From Octopus vulgaris (Eukaryota), in contig OX597814.1 of the NCBI GenBank assembly GCA_951406725.2, positions 43,524,001 to 43,588,000 of the forward strand: a DNA stretch of 64,000 nucleotides, in the 5' to 3' direction. The translations under genes and the position numbers were made by a program. Each line of letters begins with the position of its first letter. Position 1 is the stretch's first letter. A model generated the notes under the pieces. The model was given only the letters and a program-made list of their open reading frames with translations. It searched no databases and was not told where the DNA came from. Shown here piece by piece: positions 55,453-64,000 of the stretch.

Positions 55453-56359
55453 GGAAAGAGAGAGACCGATTTTCGTGTGCGTACGTGACACACACGCGCA
55501 CATATATAACATAATATATATATATATATATATATGCTATTATTTTGGATTTCGTTAAACCTGACCTCAAAATACATTATCGAACATTAGAATTTTTTGT
55601 TTAATTTAGAATTTTGTTTAATAATAGAGCGACTTTTCATGTTATAAAAAGAATTTACTTGACTAAAATATCTTTTTAATTTTTTTTTTTGCAGTAGTGT
55701 TCTTGATGTACTGGATCTCATAATTGCCGTTTCATTCTTCATTTTGGAATGCCTCCTCCTCAACATCGTCTTCGCCAACCGGCGTAACATCAAATGCAAC
55801 CACTTAATTATCATCATTATCATCACTACAATAGCGGCGTCAGCAACATCTTGCTGTCGGAATTTACAGGATATAGAAAACACATTATCCGCATCGAAAT
55901 TTTTTCTTTCATTCTCACATTATATCATTGATCTTGAATGAATCATTTACAACACATATTAACGTTTTCTACAGTATTATCACCAGTGATAATGCCAGTG
56001 AAATAAAACATTATTGCTTTTTTTCTTTTCCTTCCACTTCTGCTAGAATATATATATATAATGATTTATATCCCAACTAGGAATTAAAACAAAAAAAGAA
56101 ATACATAACAAGTGATATATAAGCTCTTTACGACATAAAAATAGATGATAATGGAAGTGATCATTATTTTATATTCTCTGATGGTGATCTATATACAGTC
56201 GGAATCATTATGAAGGTAAACTGATGTCTTCTTTTCTTTTAAAATTATATTTCTGTCTTTATTTCATCTCATCATAGTTTGAGATTATATCACGCAGGCC
56301 TGGGCTACGCCTTTCAATCTATCCCATACAAATATTTTGCTTTATTACAATAAGTAACA

Positions 56360-56450
<91 letters not shown>

Positions 56451-56469
56451 CATCATTATTATTATTATT

Positions 56470-57098
56470 GAGTGAGTGAGAGAGCAGTGCATACCATCAA
56501 AATGACACTGGCTTAAAATACACGAAACCCAGCGTACCTATCGTGACTATCTCTCTGACAATGGTACACCAGGCACATGCTTCACAAGAATATGTGCGTG
56601 ACATAGTTGTCTCATAAGACGATAAATAGATCATGATATTTTAGATGGGACCCAATTAGAATTATCTACAAATCGAGTAGCCCATCCGTCTCAAAACGCC
56701 CCTGAATAAAGGTTTTTAAGGATATTGAATGAAACACCTATGTATCCAGAGGTGATTTATTCAAAGCCCAAAGAATTCCTCTGAAGACATGGCTATGATA
56801 CTCTCCAACTACTGCTCGTGATCAGAGATGCACATATCGTCAGCCACTAAGGGACATGCTCAGCTGGTTGTGGTCAAGCATCTGACAAGTATATCTGCGG
56901 GATTAAGCAGAATATTTGTTATAGTACATCTTTAATACCAAGATAAAATGATTTACCGGATAACACTTCAAATCAGTTCAGATCAGTACCTGGTACCATA
57001 TCAGGGCATTGGTACTACATCAAGTCACTGGTACTTCATCATTGGTATTTCATCAGGGCATTGGTCGTACATCAGGGTATTCATACTGCATTAGGGCA

Positions 57099-57100
<2 letters not shown>
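56470..57100. mobile_element. About 630-bp non-coding interspersed element flanked on both sides by (TAT)n
   Basis: Aligns throughout with 59839-60380; one end carries about 6 degenerate copies of ctggtac..catcagggca. Confidence 0.8.
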
Positions 57101-57138
<38 letters not shown>

Positions 57139-57249
57139 GTTATATGTTTGACTTTTGCTTTGTATTTGTACAGGTTGGCTCTAAATCTCACCCAGAGACC
57201 TCAAAAGACAATGGGATATGCGTATAAAATCTTTGTTTTTGTCAGTTCA

Positions 57250-57698
57250 ATTACAAAAGAGATAAATGGCATGACAGACCTTGACTATTGGGGTTGACTA
57301 GAAAAACTCAAACTTTATTCTCTCCAACCTTGCCGAGAGCGCTACATCATCTGCATGATGTGGAAAATATTCCACCAGCATTGCCCAAATGATGTTGGCA
57401 TCGCTTTTAAGATACTCCCAAGATTTTGACCCCGTGCTATCCGTCCACAACAAAAATAATACTCGCATCACATAGGAACAATACGGCACTATTATTTCCC
57501 CTCCATTGGCTCCGCTCTCTTTAACATTACACCAAATCGCATTACAGCAGAAACATAAAGTTCCAGAAGTCGTTGAACAAATTCCTTCAAAACATCCCAG
57601 ATAAACCTCCTACACCCAGATATGTGGTGCTATTAAGTTAGACATGACCTGGGCCAATACAGACCGGAACCTATCAAAGTATCAAGGTATCAAAGTAT
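57250..57698 (+). mobile_element. CR1-clade LINE 3' end with (ATCAAAGT)n tail
   Basis: MTDLDYWG*LEKLKLYSLQPCRERYIICMMWKI, LFNI, LNKFLQNIPDKP; tail atcaaagtatcaaggtatcaaagt. Confidence 0.88.
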
Positions 57699-57899
57699 GT
57701 AACCTTCTATATGTAAACTTCCTTGTATATGTAATCTTCAATACTGCTGGCATAGCTTCAAGTGTATATAAGTCTGAACTATTTTATGCCTGTGAATATA
57801 TTCTTACTGATCCAGTATTGGGCAGAGACTGAAAATATGATTTAGTGTCTCTTCCCCATCACCACTACACAACAGAAAGTTCAAGGAATATTAATGCAC

Positions 57900-58530
57900 T
57901 TATATTTTTTCTCCAATATGTGTTTCTGATGATTTCTGGTGGAGGAGGGTTTGATCTTTTGCCGCAAATAAAAATCTTTACGTCTCTGCTTTGAATCCGG
58001 AACTCCACAACCATCGATGGAGTTTTGCTTTGTTAATTTCTTTTTTTTGTTTTTTTTTCTTTTTTGGTTTTTTTAAATTTTTATCAACTTATCCCAGTAT
58101 TAGCAATATAGAGGTTTTTCTTACCATTGTTTTATCATAGTATTTTATTCTTCCAGGTTTAGTTCAGATGTTAGTTGATTTAAAGCTTTTGTTTTTTTGC
58201 AGTTACTATAAGCACAGGTACTATAAACACTTTCGTGTATTTCTCGGCTTCTTTTTGGGACAGAAAGAGTTTTTTCTTTTGTTTTGCTCATTTTTTGAAG
58301 GAGCTAGTTGTACCAGTTTGCCTTGGTTCTGAATTATTTGTAATCCTTTGATGGTTATTTTATAGTAGATTTCCAGTTGTATATAGCCTCTACGACTTTC
58401 AATTCCGTGTATATGTAATAATTTTATATGCCAGATTTTGAGTGCGTATTTTGAATTCCGTCATTATTTTTCTTCTTTTCCTGTCTAGTTTGGTTATTTC
58501 GTATACTGCCCCATTACGAATATTGTAACT
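57900..58530 (-). mobile_element. R4/Dong-clade LINE fragment (post-RT region)
   Basis: Minus peptides EITKLDRKRRKIMT, RRGYIQLEIYYK, WLWSSGFKAET*RFLFAAKDQ. Confidence 0.75.
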
Positions 58531-58568
58531 GTAACTTATAACTGAGACAGCTAAGGCAAAGATATCTA

Positions 58569-59385
58569 TTGAGTCATCCTATAAAAGACGCAAGTTGTTT
58601 CAATTGCATGAACTAAAAGTCGATGGGGGAACGGGATAAACAACCTGCATCAACTTGCTATAAAAACAGGTAGTAATTTTACCTTTTCCTTATCCTTAGT
58701 GCAAGTTTTGAAGAGTGCTGTTGGCTATAATGGAAGGAGCATATTCATCATATTTTCTTTACGAGTTCAATAAAGGTAACAACGCAACAGAAAGTGCAAG
58801 GAATATTAATGCAGTATATAGGGATCGGACAATAAGCGAAAGCTTGTGTTAACGGTGATTCCAGAAATTCCAAGCCGGAAACTACAGCCTAGAAGACGAG
58901 CCTCGTCATAGTAGATTTGTAGAGCTCGACGAGGACGTTCTGCAAACCGTGGTGGAACAAAATCCCATCGTAACTGTTGATGCACTAGCAGAGAAGTTTG
59001 GATTTGGACATTCAACTATTCATCATATTGGCCCAGGCCATGTGTAGCTTAATAGCACCACCTAGTAAAATCATTCAAATCAGGAATCAGACAACATCGC
59101 CCACTGGAGTAGAGAGTTATTGTTTACGGAGACATATCTGGGTGAAGGAGCTTTATCTGGCATTACTATTCCTTGCACTTTCTGTTGCGCTGTGGTGATG
59201 GGGAAGAGACAATAAATCCTATTTTCACTCTCTGACAATGCTGGATGAGAAAGAATATATATTCATCGACACCTGCGTCCATCGAAAAAAGTCAGCAAAA
59301 TGGGTCACATAAAGTGTTATCGGTTTGGCAAGATGTGAAAGGTTTAGTCAACTTTGAACATTTAAACCCAATACAAACGATAAGG
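58569..59385 (+). mobile_element. Mariner fragment (same family as 15779-16700) with an internal insertion
   Basis: Degraded TIR tattgagtcatcctataaa; YEFNKGNNATESARNIN, LEDEPR, EQNPIVTV, GFGHSTIH, VLSVWQDVKGLVNFE. Confidence 0.85.
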
Positions 59386-59770
59386 GATAAATATTCAGAG
59401 TTTATTCGCGCTTTGACGTGTTTTGTTTTTTATCCCACAACATTACTCTCCTCACCAATCATGCTACGTAGAGTTGCCGGTTTAGTCGCCGTTAATTCGA
59501 CCTGCGAAAGTTTATTTTGAGTTACATCTGACCAGTACACCTGATGAGCGACTGACATTAGCAGTCTGGACGAAATGCTTAGCGGTATTAATATTAAGGA
59601 GGCGAGCTGGCAGAATCGTTGAACTCACGGGTGATAGAATCAATTATTTTCCTCCCTCCAAATTTCAGACCTTGAACCTATAATAGAAAAGATCATCATC
59701 ATCATCACCATCACCACCACCACCACCACCACCATCAACACCCCCCACCGCCACCACCACCACCGTCACC

Positions 59771-59804
<34 letters not shown>

Positions 59805-59838
59805 TCATAATCATCATCATCATTATATTATTATTATT

Positions 59839-60380
59839 GAGTGAGAGAGCAGTTCATGCCATCAAAGTGACACTGGGGTAAAATATACGAAGCCTAATAT
59901 ACCCATCATGACTACCCGTCTGATAAGGGCACACCAGGCACATGCATCACAACCATATGTGCGCGGCATGGTGATCTCATATCAAGATAAACTGCACATG
60001 ACATTGCAGGTGGGGCCCAGTTAGAATTTTCTTCAGGTTGAGTAGCCCATCCCGCTCAAACGGTCCCTGAATAAGGGTTGTTTAAGGATGTTGAAAAACC
60101 CACCCATGTCTCCAGAGGTGAATTATTCAAACCCCAAAGAATCCTTCTCAACACATGGCTATGATGCTCCCCCACTACTTCTGCTCGTGATCAGAGATGC
60201 ACATATCGTCAGCCACTAAGGGACATGCTCAACTGGTTAAGGTCAAACAACTGACAAGCAAATCTGTGGTATTGAGCAGAATATTTGCTGTAGCTCATCT
60301 TTTATACCAAGACAGAACAATGTACATGATAACACTTCCAATCAGTTAAGATCAGAAGCCATGAGAGCCTCTTCTTGGTA
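59839..60380. mobile_element. Second copy of the (TAT)n-anchored non-coding element
   Basis: gagtgagagagcagttcatgccatcaaagtgacactgg... follows (TAT)n exactly as at 56470. Confidence 0.8.
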
Positions 60381-61660
60381 CATAGTGTCTGTCTGTGTCA
60401 CTTTGTGGATGGAGTCACCCATATCTAGTTAGCAACTTCCTTGTCTTTTTGTTTAAGCTGTTTAGTTCGTCTACTCTCCATGCGATTACCCCTGCACCGT
60501 ATCTAAGGAGTGAAACCACCCAGGTGTTGATAGTTTCGATCTTAATCCGTCCATTTAACAACGTGTTGAGTTGCGCAGCTATTCGTGTATGTCATTCACC
60601 AATTCATTTGATCCAGTAGTCTTGAACTCCATCAGGACCCGGGGCCTTCTAGTTGCTCATTTGTTTGCTGATTTCCTTCACTTCCCTAACTGAAAATGAC
60701 TAGTTCTGCCTCTTTTGGACAGACTACTATTTGTTTCATTTCTTGCAACCATGCAGCATCTTTCTTGTGCTCCTTGTCCTTGCTCCAGATGTCACTCCAA
60801 AACCTTTGACTGTCAATGTTATCTGGTATCAACTTTTCATCTGTTCACTCTCCATTTATTTCATTATAATATCTCTTCTGATCTACTCTGAATAACCTAT
60901 TCTGGTGGTAACCCTACTTTCTTTGGTTGTATCTTACCATCTTCGCTTTCTTTGCAACGATGCGCTGTTTGAGTTTCTCCACTACTACTTTCACGCACTT
61001 TCTTTCAATATAATACTTCCTTTTGTGCTCCCTATATTTTTATTCTCTTTTAAGCTCCCCTTTCTCTTTTCTGTCTAACACAGAGTTTTCCTTCGAGAGT
61101 ATGTCTAATCCTGCCTGGATTCTTCTTTTCCGCCATGGATCTTTTCTCTTGTCACTCCCATTGTTTCTCTTTCTTGACATCAACATCCACATTTTCTGCT
61201 ACAAAAATACTTGCTGCCTAGACCAAATTATTGGTTTCTGTAATGTGTGTTCTGATGCATTTCAGAATTTCATTGACATCTTTCAGTTATTGGTTCAATT
61301 TCCATCGATTGACTTTTTCAAGGTAGCAAATAATGTCGCTCCCCTTCTCCTGTAGTCTTAATTTTATTTTGTCGTAGGTTGCCTTTTGTTCACCTGTCAT
61401 GTCGCTATTAGTTTATTGTATTTTTTTTAATATCATCTATATATCTCTCATCGCGTAAACTACCACTGCTCCTTCCTTGTGCTATGAAATTACTGTTACC
61501 AGTAAGAACTGTATTTTCATTCTGATCGTTGCTGCTATTTTCCATGGCCCGTGTTTTGATAGCTTCAAGTTCTGCTTCTTTATGCTCTAGCTTGATCACA
61601 TTGTCTCTGTTCCGTCAGCTAAAACAATTCCTTTTCTCTCCAATGATTATATATACGTAG
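60370..61660 (-). mobile_element. R4/Dong-clade LINE remnant with the RT core deleted
   Basis: Minus peptides KLKQRIVAKKAKMVRY, QNRLFRVDQKRYY, FWSDIW and KAPGPDGVQDYWIK are joined directly to LNGRIKIETINTWVVSLLRYGAG...KKTRKLLT...LHPQSDTDRHYVP. Confidence 0.88.
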
Positions 61661-61843
61661 TAGCTAACTCCTAATTTTTGGGGTGTCGCTCATATGAGGT
61701 AGCGGTTATCAGGATGAGCAGTCACCAGCGTTATTGTTTCTATGTGTAACAGCAGCAGCGGTTACAGCAACAGCAACAGTAACAGTATAAAGAGTGGGGG
61801 TAGTGTTAAGTGTGGTACTTGGGCCTCGTATTCCTGTGCTATC

Positions 61844-61927
<84 letters not shown>

Positions 61928-62229
61928 TAGTATTTAGTATCAGCAGCTACAGTATATTATTATTATTATTATATTTTCATTATCACCATCACCACCACTG
62001 CCATTATTGGAGGAAGCAGTTGGGCAGTAATGTGGTGAATAGATCATATACTACAGATATATAAATAGAAATCGGCAGATGGTGGAGAGGTAAGCCATAG
62101 AGACAAAATAATCTTCGCACCCTTTGGTTCAGCAGAGGTCAAATGTGTTTACTTCAACCAGTGGCCGTTGAGAGAGCTGCCTTGATAAGAAGCAATTCAA
62201 CCTGTTCTATTTGTAATTACTGGTAGAAA

Positions 62230-62281
<52 letters not shown>

Positions 62282-62294
62282 TGATATTCACGTT

Positions 62295-63385
62295 GTTGAA
62301 TTTTTGAATTTCTTAATTCAATTGTGTTGTTGCAATAAAATTGTGTTTACGTATTTTGGTAATATATTAAAGTTTTTATGTTTTCTTTTGTCTGTCCAGT
62401 TGAAGAATAAAGTAGGACTTTTGTAATTAAACGGATGTTTACAATTTCGAATACTCAGGGAGTGTCAAAAAGAAAAGAAAGCGAATTGTAGATAGTAATG
62501 TTTTAAGATTTACTAAATATGGTCTGTTGTATGACGCACAGCGAAAAATGGTAGTGCTCTTAGAATAAGAAGGAGGATCATTTGTGTGTTCGAAATCTGT
62601 AGGTGTGTAAGTTTCCTAAGTTATTTTATTTTGAGGGAGAGTTGAAATATTTATAGAAAATTGTAGATATTCCAGTCTTTGGAAATATTAGGAGGAAATA
62701 TTGTTGGATTTTTGAATTGCTGAATTTCTTTTTCCTTTTCTTTTGGAATTTTTCTTTTCATTTTAAAAGTTTTACTCTGGTTTAGTTTTTGTAGTTGAGC
62801 AGTATGTATATATTGGCAGATGCTTACTTCCTTAATTTTGTATTGTGTATTTAATTGTGTTGTTACAATAAAAGCTTTGTTTACATATTTAGTTAGTCAT
62901 GGAAGAAGGGAAGGCAAAGTGTTCACACAAAATTGGAGATATTAAAGTTTCTAGTTTTTTTGAGGTGTTCGTTTATATGTCCGTTCATTAAACAAAGCTT
63001 GTGTTTGTTTTGCTATAAAAAAGATGTTTATATTTTCGAATACTCAGGGAAACAGGAACCAAAAGAATAGGGATGTATTTCTTTTTTTTCACAGAAAATT
63101 GTAGATATGAAGTTTTTAAAATTTACTGGAGATGATCTTTTGACCGTCCGAACAGAGAAAACTGTAGTGTTCTCGGAGTAAAGAGGATGTTTACATTATC
63201 GGAGCCTCAGGGGGAAAGGGAAAATGATAGGTATTCACTGAAGGTGTACATATCAAAGGTTTTAAAGCTGATTGTTTATGTGTTCGAAAGCTGTAGATAT
63301 GTATGTTCTTTAAGTTATTTTGAGGGAAATTCAAAATAGTCTCAGGAAATTGTAGATATTCCAGTATTTTAGAGTTATATTCAGT
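62295..63385. repeat. Two diverged tandem copies (about 62295-62690 and 62830-63385) of an unclassified repeat
   Basis: Shared blocks aattgtgttgtt.caataaaa, ttcgaatactcaggga, tgtgttcgaaa.ctgtag, aaattgtagatattccagt. Confidence 0.7.
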
Positions 63386-63399
63386 TGACCTGCTGGGTT

Positions 63400-63475
<76 letters not shown>

Positions 63476-63510
63476 CATTATTATTATTATTAATATTATT
63501 ATTATTATCA

Positions 63511-63574
<64 letters not shown>

Positions 63575-63598
63575 CATTATTATTATTATTATTATTAT
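63400..63598. repeat. (TAT)n microsatellite
   Basis: Direct inspection. Confidence 0.97.
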
Positions 63599-64000
63599 CT
63601 GTTTATCTTTTGCTTTGTATTTGTACAAGCTCGCTCCAAGTCTCACCAATAGAAATCAAGAGACAGCAAGTTAGAAGTTCATGTTGGTATTATGCCTTGT
63701 TTGTTATATATATGGTTTTTCACATAGTATTGTTCGAGAGAATGTTTAAGAAACAAGACAATTATGAGTGTTTTAAAATTTGACATTACATAGACAGTAT
63801 TTTACGTAGGATATGAGCAGCTCCCAAGAACACTACCTTTTGAATTCCTGCCATTTTGGGATTTCCTGATATCTGTGCTAAGTAGCAATCATCCCCTTTG
63901 CTATCATTCCTATGGAATCTATGACAACAGGTATTGTTTTAGTCTTCAGCTTCCACATTTTGCCAATTTCTATTTTGAGGTCTTTATATTTGCTCAGTTT
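63599..64000 (-). mobile_element. R4/Dong-clade LINE 3' end (endonuclease C-terminus and 3' UTR) abutting (TAA)n
   Basis: Minus peptide KLSKYKDLKIEIGKMWKLKTKTIPVVIDSIG...IQKVVFLGAAHILRKILSM*; the 3' UTR resembles 57139-57240. Confidence 0.9.

Noticed and set aside
56990-57100. CRISPR-like short repeat array
   Set aside because: Degenerate adjacent repeats without unique spacers in a eukaryotic repeat context; no cas genes.
61660-61740. HDV-like ribozyme at the R4 5' end
   Set aside because: Only one helix (GCTCAT/ATGAGC) was found; the nested double pseudoknot could not be built.
63191-63783. Poly-I and poly-L ORFs
   Set aside because: They are translations of (TAT)n.

Overview
This is an AT-rich, microsatellite-dense animal genomic window with no intact protein-coding gene that I can support. 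The SINE and repeat repertoire suggests a coleoid cephalopod, probably Octopus (inference). Almost all interpretable sequence is decayed transposable elements: R4/Dong-clade and CR1-clade LINEs, Penelope-like elements (PLEs), a Helitron Rep remnant, mariner, DD37D/maT and hAT transposase remnants, and several tRNA-derived SINE families. The most notable signal is a set of at least nine hammerhead-ribozyme (HHR) motifs in several short repeat families. They have palindromic (dimer-type) stem III, recurrent variant cores (U4C, A6U) and fold-back arrangements. One is a tRNA-promoter SINE carrying an intact HHR, present as a divergent inverted pair (52892-53519). All alignments and folds were done by eye, and boundaries of degraded elements are approximate.
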